Assembly (NCBI GenBank): GCA_040768135.1 | Contig: JAXGNF010000007.1 | Coordinates: forward strand, 1-57,746 | From: Thermoleophilia bacterium | Lineage (GTDB): Bacteria; Actinomycetota; Thermoleophilia; RBG-16-64-13 | Direction of reading: 5' to 3' | DNA: 57,746 bases | Part shown: positions 18,685 to 26,987 of the stretch, piece after piece | Layout of the letters: every line of letters starts with the position of its first letter | Numbering within the stretch: the first letter of the stretch is position 1 | Notes under the pieces: model-generated | What the model saw: the letters and a program-made list of their open reading frames with translations, nothing else | What the model was told of the DNA's origin: nothing | Database searches by the model: none | Translations under genes and position numbers: made by a program

Positions 18685-19836
18685 TCAAGCCCCTTTCTGG
18701 CCGGCGCCGGACCTCACGAATATACCACAGGGTATATTCTGCCCTTCATATGGGTTCGGTGGAGATGAGCCCCACGGAACGGTAGACACGATGGTCCCGG
18801 CCGAGACAACCAGGTCATCTTGGTACACCACGGCACTCTGGCCGGGTGAGACTCCCACAGCAGGTTGTTCGAAGACGACCGTGTCTGGGCCGATCAAACG
18901 CGCGGGCACGTTCTCTCCGGTGGAACGCCACTGCACCCTCAGGCCCTCGTTCGGTCCTTTGCGGTGTTGGACGATGTCGCTGATCGCGATCGCTCCTACA
19001 GCCAATTGGTCGGCCGGACCGACTAAGACCTCCCTTCGCTCGGGCCTCAGGTCCAACACGTAGAGAGGACCGTCAGCGCTGATCCCTAGGCCTTTGCGTT
19101 GGCCCACGGTGAAGTTGTAGACGCCGGTATGCTGCGCAAGAACGCGGCCGGAGGCATCCACTACGGCTCCCGGCTGCGCCCCCAGGCGTTCCCGCAGAAA
19201 ACGCCGGTGGTCGTCGTCGGGCACGAAGCAGATCTCCTGGCTCTCGGGCAGCGACGGCCCGGAGAGCCCAGCCTCCTCAGCTCGTTCCCTGACCTCCGCT
19301 TTGGTCATCGCTCCCAGCGGGAAGAGGCAGCGCCTTAGCAGATCCGGATCCACCTCGGCCAACACATACGATTGGTCTTTTTTCGGGTCCACACCTCGGG
19401 CAAGCGCAGGTGGATCGCCGCTCAGGCGAGCATAGTGTCCGGTCGCGACCCGGGCAAGGCCCTCCCGTCGGGCGATATCCCAGAGTAACCCAAAACGAAA
19501 ACGGGCATTGCACTTCACGCATGGATTAGGGGTACGGCCCTGTTCGTACTCCCGCACGAAGTACTCGACCACCGTAGACCGGAAGGAGTCGGACGCGTCA
19601 ACCACTATGTGCCGAATACCAAGAGTTCCGGCGATCTTCGCAGCCCGCTCCAACGCCCGCTCCGAGGAACCGGCCCGCCGGTCCCCGCAGGTGGGATCGC
19701 TCCACAGGCGAAGAGTCACGCCGACGACCTGATACCCCTGTTCTGCCAGGAGGAGAGCCGCCACGGCACTGTCGACACCCCCGCTGATGCCAACAAGAAC
19801 GCTCTTCGTACCCGTCGGTTTGCCCGCACAAGCCAA
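18685..19836 (-). CDS. mnmA: tRNA-specific 2-thiouridylase
   Basis: SGGVDS, PNPCVKCN, ATGHYAR, KDQSY, ESQEICF, GQRKGL, PGQSAV. Confidence 0.96.
   Translation of the reverse strand: MACAGKPTGTKSVLVGISGGVDSAVAALLLAEQGYQVVGVTLRLWSDPTCGDRRAGSSERALERAAKIAGTLGIRHIVVDASDSFRSTVVEYFVREYEQGRTPNPCVKCNARFRFGLLWDIARREGLARVATGHYARLSGDPPALARGVDPKKDQSYVLAEVDPDLLRRCLFPLGAMTKAEVRERAEEAGLSGPSLPESQEICFVPDDDHRRFLRERLGAQPGAVVDASGRVLAQHTGVYNFTVGQRKGLGISADGPLYVLDLRPERREVLVGPADQLAVGAIAISDIVQHRKGPNEGLRVQWRSTGENVPARLIGPDTVVFEQPAVGVSPGQSAVVYQDDLVVSAGTIVSTVPWGSSPPNPYEGQNIPCGIFVRSGAGQKGA
18718..18739 (-). promoter_or_regulatory. Perfect inverted repeat overlapping an extended -10 promoter inside the mnmA 3' end
   Basis: GAATATACC-ACAG-GGTATATTC; TG-G-TATATT on the - strand about 35 nt upstream of the DUF948 ATG. 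Confidence 0.5.
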
Positions 19837-19859
19837 CGATCCTACCCTCCACTAGAGCG

Positions 19860-19882
19860 AAGGCCGGAAGAACCGGCCTTCA
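19860..19882. terminator. Hairpin after the lipoprotein gene
   Basis: GAAGGCCGG-aagaa-CCGGCCTTC. Confidence 0.4.
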
Positions 19883-19909
19883 CATATCGATCCGTGGCGC
19901 GGTGTCCCT

Positions 19910-20413
19910 CTATGCCCGCTCCAGATTCACCAAGGCCTGCTTCATAGTCCCCTCGTCGACGTATCCGTTCCAGACTTTCTCCACCACTCCATTCCGGTCG
20001 ATGAGGATCAGCGCGGGTGGATATCCGACCTGGAGAAGCGAAGACAAGTCTCCGTATGCGTCGGGGGTCTTGTAGTCGTAGACAAGAAACAGGTAGTTGC
20101 TGAACGAAGAAGCGAGCCCCTTGAGGGTCTCGGATACACTGATGTCGTCGACGCTGCCCGGCACATAGAACAAGACAACGATAGGACGGACTCCACATGC
20201 CTCTTTGAACTCCGCCGGTGAGTCTTCAGTGGGCCTAATAGGGGTACCCGCAGCATCGCCCGAGGAGCCTCCTGGCCCGGAAGGGGCTGTGGTGGCATCT
20301 CGAATGCTGGTCGTGGTGGTCGTCTTCTCTCCGCCCATGCAACCCAAGGCGAAGAGTGCCACAACGACAACCAGGAGCAGGACGCCAAACTGGTGTCTAA
20401 TTCGTCCAGACAT
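19910..20413 (-). CDS. Lipoprotein with Thr/Gly/Ser linker and a thioredoxin-like domain lacking CxxC
   Basis: Lipobox ALG-C, TTTTTS linker, IVVLFY..YPPALILIDRNG..WNG Trx pattern; start moved to ATG 20413 because 20443 lies inside 6S RNA. Confidence 0.65.
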   Translation of the reverse strand: MSGRIRHQFGVLLLVVVVALFALGCMGGEKTTTTTSIRDATTAPSGPGGSSGDAAGTPIRPTEDSPAEFKEACGVRPIVVLFYVPGSVDDISVSETLKGLASSFSNYLFLVYDYKTPDAYGDLSSLLQVGYPPALILIDRNGVVEKVWNGYVDEGTMKQALVNLERA

Positions 20414-20436
20414 CGCTTCCCTTCCTAAATAAAAAT

Positions 20437-20588
20437 GCTCCACCTTGCCGTGTCTGACAGGCGCTTGAACCTGCCGAAGCAGGTGGGTGGCCGCCCCTGA
20501 AAGGATATACGCCGTTCAGGCAAACATGCCTCCCAAGCGAAATGTGTTGGCTCAAGTTTGGGCCAGATCACGCACAAGGTCGAGCAAC
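20437..20588 (-). ncRNA. ssrS: 6S RNA
   Basis: CACCCACCTG-cttcgg-CAGGTTCAAG 3' signature; 5' CTTGAG/TTGGGAG elements; ends pair GCTC-ACCTTG-CGTG-TCTG with CAGA-CACG-CAAGGT-GAGC; located downstream of aspS. Confidence 0.85.
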
Positions 20589-20783
20589 CAGAGGGTAACA
20601 TAAGGCCTCCCGCCCGGCAATGTGCATCCGGTCGTTACCGTCGCCGGCCAAGCACCCGCCATTATCGTTATTCGTCTGCAAAGGCTCCGGGCTTGAGTCC
20701 CCGCATCCTTCGCGGCCATCTGTCTACCTTGCCGTGGATACCCATGGATCTCACAGTTGCAATTGATAGGCGCCCGTTGCCGG

Positions 20784-22538
20784 TCAGAACGTACGGATCC
20801 GCAGTTCGCGCAGTTGATCAGCGGTTACGGTAGAGGGCGCCTCGGTCAACGGACAAGACCCGCTCGCGGTCTTGGGGAATGCGATGACATCGCGGATGGA
20901 GGTCTGTCCGGCCATGAGCATGACCGTCCGGTCGAGTCCTATGCCTATTCCCCCGTGAGGCGGGATACCGTAATCCATAGCCTCCACCAAGAATCCGAAC
21001 TTCAGCTTGATCTCGTCCTCGGTGAGGCCTAGAGCCGCGAACACGGCCTCCTGCAACTGGGGATCGGAAATCCGTAGGGACCCGCTCCCCAACTCTACAC
21101 CGTTCAAGACCAGGTCGTAAGCGTACGTGCCCAGCTCCAAAGGCTTTTCGTGCAGATCCTCGAGCCGGTCCAGCCTTGGTTTGGTGAAGGGGTGATGCTG
21201 AGCCTTCAGTCGCTTTTCCTGTTCGTCGTACTCGAACATGGGAAAATCGACAACCCAAACGAACTGCCAGCCGGTCCTTTCTATTCCCATACGGGTGGCC
21301 AGGGCCAGACGTAGCGCTCCCAGACTAGGCGCGGCCACCGACTCCCGGTCGGCCACCATAAGGAGGAGGTCACCGGGCCGGCCCGCAAAACGCTCGATCA
21401 AGGCCTGCATCTGATCGGGGCTTGTGAACTTCTGAAGAGGAGAACGCACCCCAGCCTCTTCGACCCATATGGGAGCAAGTCCTTTGGCCCCGAAGACGGC
21501 TGCTTCGGCAGCAAGGTCGTCAACATCTTTACGGGAGAGGCGGCCTCCGCCCTCAACCCTGACTCCTCTTACGACCCCGCCCTTTGAAACGGCGTCGGCA
21601 AACACCCGAAAGTCCATGGCTCCGGCAATATCGGTGACGTCGATGATCTCCATGCCAAACCTGAGATCGGGCTTGTCGGTGCCGTAGCGGGTGACAGCCT
21701 CAGCGTACGTGAGTCGCGGGAAGGGTCGCGGGATCGCCACCGCCAGCGCCTCCTGAAAAGCAGCGGCGAACAGACCCTCCACCACATCTTGGATATCCTG
21801 TTCCTCAACGAAGCTCATCTCAATGTCGATCTGGGTGTGTTCAGGTTGCCGGTCGGCCCGGAGATCTTCGTCGCGGAAGGCACGAGCCATCTGGTAGTAA
21901 CGCTCGAACCCACTGATCATGAGCAACTGCTTGAACAACTGCGGCGACTGCGGCAAAGCATAGAACTCCCCCGGTCTGAGCCGGCTCGGTACCAGAAAGT
22001 CGCGGGCGCCTTCCGGTGTGCTCTTGGTCAGTATCGGGGTCTCCACATCGATGAATCCCTGATCGCCCAGATAGCGCCGGACGGCCTGGACGACCTGGTG
22101 CCTGAGGAGGAGGTTGCGGAACATGAGCGGTCGGCGGAGATCGATGTAACGATACTTGAGCCGCAAAGTCTCATCGACATCAATCTCGTCTTCTGGCGGA
22201 AAAGGCGGCGTCTTTGAGGCGGCCAGAGCCTGTAAGTCTTCGACTACGATCTCGATCGTCCCCGTAGCCAAGTTGGGGTTCACCCGCTCGGGGGGACGGG
22301 CGACCACAGTGCCAGAAACAGAGAGAACATACTCGCTGCGTACGTCTTCTGCCCGGGAGTGTGCCTCCGACCCACTTTCAGCTTCAAATACCAGCTGGAC
22401 CACACCCGTCCGGTCGCGCAGGTCGACGAAGATCAGGCCGCCGTGGTCGCGTCTACGCTGCACCCAGCCGGCCACCCTGACTGAGCGCCCTACGGCCTCT
22501 TCACGGATGTTTCCACACCACTCGTCCCTGTATCCCAC
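20784..22538 (-). CDS. aspS: Aspartate--tRNA ligase
   Basis: RDHGGLIFVDLRD, STPEGARDF, ALPQSPQ, DRQPE, PPHGGIG.GLDR. Confidence 0.97.
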   Translation of the reverse strand: MGYRDEWCGNIREEAVGRSVRVAGWVQRRRDHGGLIFVDLRDRTGVVQLVFEAESGSEAHSRAEDVRSEYVLSVSGTVVARPPERVNPNLATGTIEIVVEDLQALAASKTPPFPPEDEIDVDETLRLKYRYIDLRRPLMFRNLLLRHQVVQAVRRYLGDQGFIDVETPILTKSTPEGARDFLVPSRLRPGEFYALPQSPQLFKQLLMISGFERYYQMARAFRDEDLRADRQPEHTQIDIEMSFVEEQDIQDVVEGLFAAAFQEALAVAIPRPFPRLTYAEAVTRYGTDKPDLRFGMEIIDVTDIAGAMDFRVFADAVSKGGVVRGVRVEGGGRLSRKDVDDLAAEAAVFGAKGLAPIWVEEAGVRSPLQKFTSPDQMQALIERFAGRPGDLLLMVADRESVAAPSLGALRLALATRMGIERTGWQFVWVVDFPMFEYDEQEKRLKAQHHPFTKPRLDRLEDLHEKPLELGTYAYDLVLNGVELGSGSLRISDPQLQEAVFAALGLTEDEIKLKFGFLVEAMDYGIPPHGGIGIGLDRTVMLMAGQTSIRDVIAFPKTASGSCPLTEAPSTVTADQLRELRIRTF

Positions 22539-22573
22539 GGCCGGTCCTTTGTCGGTTCTCTTTGCGGTCGCGA

Positions 22574-23848
22574 TCAGACGTCGATTGGATCAGTAATGGT
22601 CACGGTGACGGCTTCGGTCTTCGGCAGGCACTTCTCTTCCCCCGACATCAAGTCCCGCACCGTGACTGTCCCCTCCGCCAACTCCTGCTCGCCGACGATG
22701 AACGCGTAGCGGGCACCGCTACGGTTCGCCTGTTTCATCTGGCCTTTGACGCTCCTCGTCATGTAGTCGAGGTCGGCGACAACCCCTTGGCTCCGAATGT
22801 CGTGAGCAAGCGCAAAAACTTCGCCCCGGGCCTCGGCGGAGAGCGCGACCAGATACACCAACGGACGTCGTGGAGTCGGAGACGTCACCCCAGACCGCGC
22901 CAGAGCCAGAAGAATACGCTCGATGCCGGTCCCGAAGCCGACGCCGGGGGTGGGAGGACCACCTATGGCCTCCACCAGGTCGTCATACCGACCTCCACCG
23001 CCCACACCCGACTGCGCTCCCAGCAACGACGATTGAAACTCAAACGTGGTCCGAGTGTAATAGTCCATACCGCGCACTAGGGTATGATCGGCGCCAAAGG
23101 AGATACCCTGCACCGCCAGACACTCCTGCACGCGAGCATGGTGGGCAGCACATGCGGAGCATAGATGCTCCGTAAGGCGGGGAGCAGCCTCAAGCGCCGC
23201 CCGACACGTCGGCACCTTGCAATCAAAAGTGCGCAACGGGTTGAGGTGGGCCCGTTCGACACACTCGCCGCAGAAGTCACCCGCATGCTCAGTTAGAAAC
23301 CCTCTCAAAGCGGACCCATAGGCGGGTCGACATTCCCTACAGCCCATCGAATTCAACCGCAGTTCCAGGCCCTCCAACCCTAGTTCTCGGTACAACGCGG
23401 CCAGCACCCCTATGACCTCAGCGTCGATTTCGGGCGCTTCAGAGCCGAAGGCCTCGACACCCAGTTGGTAGTGCTGACGGTAGCGGCCTGATTGGGGACT
23501 CTCGTATCGGAACATCGCACAGTGGTAGTAGAGTTTCACGGGCTGGGGCAGCGTATGCATACCGTGCTCCACATAGGCACGGGCCACAGGGGCCGTGCCT
23601 TCGGGGCGGAGGGTCATGCTTCGTCCACCCAGATCAGTGAATGTGTACATCTCCTTGCGGACAATGTCGGTCGATTCTCCCACGCCTCGGGAGAAGAGCC
23701 GAGTCTCCTCGAACATCGGCGTATCGATGCGACTGTAACCGTAACGCTGGAAGACCTCTTCGGCACGGCTTATCACCCACCGCCGCAGAGGTTGATCCTC
23801 AGGAAGAATGTCGTAAGTGCCTTTCGGGGCGCTGAGAACCTCAGCCAT
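22574..23848 (-). CDS. hisS: Histidine--tRNA ligase
   Basis: PKGTYD, LRPEGTA, RGMDYY, GGGRYD; start ATG 23848. Confidence 0.96.
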   Translation of the reverse strand: MAEVLSAPKGTYDILPEDQPLRRWVISRAEEVFQRYGYSRIDTPMFEETRLFSRGVGESTDIVRKEMYTFTDLGGRSMTLRPEGTAPVARAYVEHGMHTLPQPVKLYYHCAMFRYESPQSGRYRQHYQLGVEAFGSEAPEIDAEVIGVLAALYRELGLEGLELRLNSMGCRECRPAYGSALRGFLTEHAGDFCGECVERAHLNPLRTFDCKVPTCRAALEAAPRLTEHLCSACAAHHARVQECLAVQGISFGADHTLVRGMDYYTRTTFEFQSSLLGAQSGVGGGGRYDDLVEAIGGPPTPGVGFGTGIERILLALARSGVTSPTPRRPLVYLVALSAEARGEVFALAHDIRSQGVVADLDYMTRSVKGQMKQANRSGARYAFIVGEQELAEGTVTVRDLMSGEEKCLPKTEAVTVTITDPIDV

Positions 23849-24476
23849 AGGCTTTGAGTCCCCCGAGAAACGGGTTCTCCGCGAGTTCCTCTCCCAGGGT
23901 AGTGGCCCAGTTATGGCCGGGAAGGACCGGGGTCGATGGCGGATACAGCCCCGCCAGCTTCTCGATGGAAGCCAGTAACGTCGAAAAATCTCCCCCGGGG
24001 AAGTCGGTCCGGCCAACAGACCGGTAGAAAAGCAGATCACCGCAGAAAAGGTGACCACCTATCTCGAAGGTGAGAGAGCCCGGTGCATGCCCGGGAGTGG
24101 CAAGGACCTTGACCGTCAAGTCGCCCACCGTCAACTCGCTCCCATCGTCAAGGACTTTCACCAGCGACGCGTCGACTCCCGCCATGCGGTGCCCAAAAGC
24201 CGAACATTCCTCGAGTCCTTGCAGCACGGGCGCCACTTCAGCTCCGCAGTAAGCAGGGGCGCCGGTCGCCTCCACCAACCCTTTGACCGCGCCGATGTGA
24301 TCGACGTGTCCGTGAGTGACCAGGATGGCCTCTAGCTTGAGGGTTTCGTTCTCTATTACCCTAAGGAGACGACGCGCCTCGTCGCCAGGATCGATGGCGC
24401 AGGCGCGACGCTCGTCATCAAAGACCAAGTAACAGTTGGCTTGGTTTATCCCAACCGGGGTGCACAGTATTTCCAT
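23841..24476 (-). CDS. MBL-fold metallo-hydrolase (glyoxalase II-like)
   Basis: THGHVDH, TPGHAPGS, GDLLF, GRTDFPGG, PGH. Confidence 0.92.
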   Translation of the reverse strand: MEILCTPVGINQANCYLVFDDERRACAIDPGDEARRLLRVIENETLKLEAILVTHGHVDHIGAVKGLVEATGAPAYCGAEVAPVLQGLEECSAFGHRMAGVDASLVKVLDDGSELTVGDLTVKVLATPGHAPGSLTFEIGGHLFCGDLLFYRSVGRTDFPGGDFSTLLASIEKLAGLYPPSTPVLPGHNWATTLGEELAENPFLGGLKAYG

Positions 24477-24577
24477 GACGCCAGATTCTACCAGAGGGTG
24501 GGGCGTGTGGCCCACGCGAAGTACGATATCTAGCAGCCGACCCTAGAAGCATTGCCCCCAACCGCGCCATCCCACAG

Positions 24578-24729
24578 GACGGCAATCGAAGCGACGTGAC
24601 CCTCGGCGACGACGTGCAGTACGTTAGGACCCTGGGGGGCGAGGCTCAGTGCGATGGGGCCCTTCGGGGGACGAAGGTCAATGCGGTGGGACCCCGAGGG
24701 ATGAGGCTCAGTGCGGCGTGACCCGATAA
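24578..24729. repeat. Five degenerate tandem units of about 30-31 bp starting in the last rel codons
   Basis: Recurring GAC/GAGGCTCAGTGCG..GGG(A/G)CCC registers at 24578, 24608, 24639, 24670, 24700. Confidence 0.7.
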
Positions 24730-26987
24730 GCGTCGTATACCGTATCGATCCGTCGGATTCTCTGCAGCACGGTTTCCAGGTAGTCGATCTCAGGCACGTC
24801 AAACACGAAACGGTCCTTGACCATGTTGTTGCGGGCCGTCGTGATCTGCGCCGCGATAATACTTATGCCGCTTTCGCTGAGGGTGCGGGAGATGTCCTCC
24901 AAGAGGTGGTTGCGGTCGTAAGCTTCGACTTGTACCTCCACCCGCAGAGGCGTCTTGACCTTGGTATCCCATTCCACCCGGGCGAATCGTTCGGGGTTCT
25001 TTTCGAGAGCCCTCACGTTGGGGCAATCGCGGCGATGGATCGTGATGCCACGCCCGAGCGATATGTAGCCGACGACATCGTCACCCGGTACCGGACGACA
25101 ACACTGGGGCAGGCGGACGGCCACATCTTCGATCCCGTCGACCCGGATTCCCAACTGGTGAGCCGAAGGCATGCCCTTAGCCGGCCCTTTGGTCAAGGAG
25201 CCGGGAACCGAAAGGGCCGCAACCTCCCCCTCGCTCTTTAGACTATGGATGACCCGTTGGACAATGTGGTGCGCGCTCAGCTTGCCCGAACCCAAGGCGA
25301 TGAAGAAATCCTCTTTCTTGGGATAGTTGACCTCCTTCATCACCTCGCTCAGAATATCTGAGTTGATCAGACGCTGAGCAGGTAGCCCCTGTTTGCGCAA
25401 GGCCTCCAAGAGCGCTTCCCGGCCCAGATGCTCGGAGTCCTCGCGTCGTTCGCGGTTGAACCACTGCCGGATCTTGTTGCGGGCGCCCGAACTGGCCACG
25501 AACTGCAGCCAATCGCGCGAGGGTCCATGCCCGGTCTTAGAAGTGAGGATCTCTACGATGTCTCCGGACTGCAACTTGTATGTGAGCGGCACGATATGCC
25601 CATCGACCTTGGCCCCCACACAGTTGTGACCGACATCGGTGTGGATGGCGTAAGCGAAATCCACAGGAGTAGAACCGGCGGGCAGGCTCTTGACCTCTCC
25701 CTTCGGTGTGAAAACGTATACCTCGTCTCGGAGAAGATCGATGTGCAGCGACTCCATGAACTCGCTCGGGTCCTTAGTCTCCGACTGCCAATCCATGATT
25801 TGCCGCAACCAATGCAGCTTCTCCATGTGAGCGTCGCCACGCTGAGACACGCGTCCGCCCTTTTTGTACATCCAGTGGGCGGCAATGCCGTACTGGGCGG
25901 TCTCGTGCATCTCTCTCGTGCGGATCTGGATTTCGAGCGGCTTGCCCTGTGGGCCCATGACCGTGGTATGCAGCGACTGGTACATGTTGAACTTGGGCAT
26001 AGCTATGTAATCTTTGAAGCGGCCCGGGACGGGTTTCCAAAGTGAATGGATGACTCCCAGGGACGCATAGCAATCCTTCACCGAATCGACAAGCACCCGC
26101 AGGGCGATTAGATCGTAGATCTCGTTGAACTCCTTACCCCGCCGGACCATCTTCGTGTAGATCGAGTAGAAGTGTTTGGCCCGCCCTACAATCTCGCCCT
26201 CGATACCGACCTCGGCCAACTCCTCGGCAAGGATGGCCCTGGCCTCTTCCATGTCTCGCTCACGATCGGCCCTGCGTTGAGAGACCATGTGCTGGATCTC
26301 CGCATACTTGCGGGGATGAAGGGTCGCGAACGCAAGGTCCTCGAGTTCCCAGCGGATTGACTCGATGCCGAGTCGGTGGGCCAGAGGCGCGTAGACCTCC
26401 AGGGTCTCTTTAGCCTTCTGGATCTGCTTCTCTTTGCCCAAATAGCTGAGGGTGCGCATGTTGTGGAGTCGATCGGCCAACTTGATCAAGATCACCCGGA
26501 TGTCCTTGGCCATAGCCACAATCATCTTGCGGATGTTCTCGGCCTGCTCCTCCTCCACCGTGCTGAAACTCATCTGGGTCAGCTTCGTCACGCCGTCTAC
26601 CAACAGGGCCACCTCGTCGCCGAAGCGTTCACGCACCGTCTCGATGGACATCCCCGTGTCTTCGACCACGTCGTGCAGCAATGCGGCCGCAAGGGTGGCA
26701 TTGTCCAATCCCAAATCGGCGCAGATGGAGGCCGTCCCAACCGGGTGGTTGATGTACGCCTCACCGCTGGCCCTCAGTTGAGAACCGTGCTGGACGGCCG
26801 CCACCTCGAATGCCTGGGTCACAAGCTCCCGATCGAAAGTGGGGTTGTACTCTTCGATCTTGGCGATGAGGGCTCGCAGCAGATGCTGGTAGCTTTCGCC
26901 GGCGTCCTTCGAACCAGACTCAGTCCCGCAACTGCGGGGCACCTCAGGTTGAGTGGTTTTCACAGGGTCAGACAAAACCTTGAACAC
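24708..26987 (-). CDS. rel: Bifunctional (p)ppGpp synthase/hydrolase Rel
   Basis: HD motif LHDVVED, KLADRLHN, YQSLHT, EIQIRT, TGS and ACT domains; the start may be GTG 26963 (overlapping the recJ stop). Confidence 0.97.
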   Translation of the reverse strand: MFKVLSDPVKTTQPEVPRSCGTESGSKDAGESYQHLLRALIAKIEEYNPTFDRELVTQAFEVAAVQHGSQLRASGEAYINHPVGTASICADLGLDNATLAAALLHDVVEDTGMSIETVRERFGDEVALLVDGVTKLTQMSFSTVEEEQAENIRKMIVAMAKDIRVILIKLADRLHNMRTLSYLGKEKQIQKAKETLEVYAPLAHRLGIESIRWELEDLAFATLHPRKYAEIQHMVSQRRADRERDMEEARAILAEELAEVGIEGEIVGRAKHFYSIYTKMVRRGKEFNEIYDLIALRVLVDSVKDCYASLGVIHSLWKPVPGRFKDYIAMPKFNMYQSLHTTVMGPQGKPLEIQIRTREMHETAQYGIAAHWMYKKGGRVSQRGDAHMEKLHWLRQIMDWQSETKDPSEFMESLHIDLLRDEVYVFTPKGEVKSLPAGSTPVDFAYAIHTDVGHNCVGAKVDGHIVPLTYKLQSGDIVEILTSKTGHGPSRDWLQFVASSGARNKIRQWFNRERREDSEHLGREALLEALRKQGLPAQRLINSDILSEVMKEVNYPKKEDFFIALGSGKLSAHHIVQRVIHSLKSEGEVAALSVPGSLTKGPAKGMPSAHQLGIRVDGIEDVAVRLPQCCRPVPGDDVVGYISLGRGITIHRRDCPNVRALEKNPERFARVEWDTKVKTPLRVEVQVEAYDRNHLLEDISRTLSESGISIIAAQITTARNNMVKDRFVFDVPEIDYLETVLQRIRRIDTVYDAYRVTPH

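Noticed and set aside
20590-20780. c-di-GMP-I riboswitch, tmRNA, second 6S, or 25-aa ORF (MGIHGKVDRW...) in the aspS-6S gap
   Set aside because: Only fragments match: no GNRA P2 directly after GGCAA, no tRNA-like ends or tag, no clean rod structure, and a weak SD.
22545-22560. ACCGACAA box upstream of aspS as a sigma28 promoter
   Set aside because: Overlaps the AAAGGA SD in a 35-nt gap of a housekeeping operon; probably chance. Similar boxes at 3855, 7487 and 31792 lie in coding sequence.
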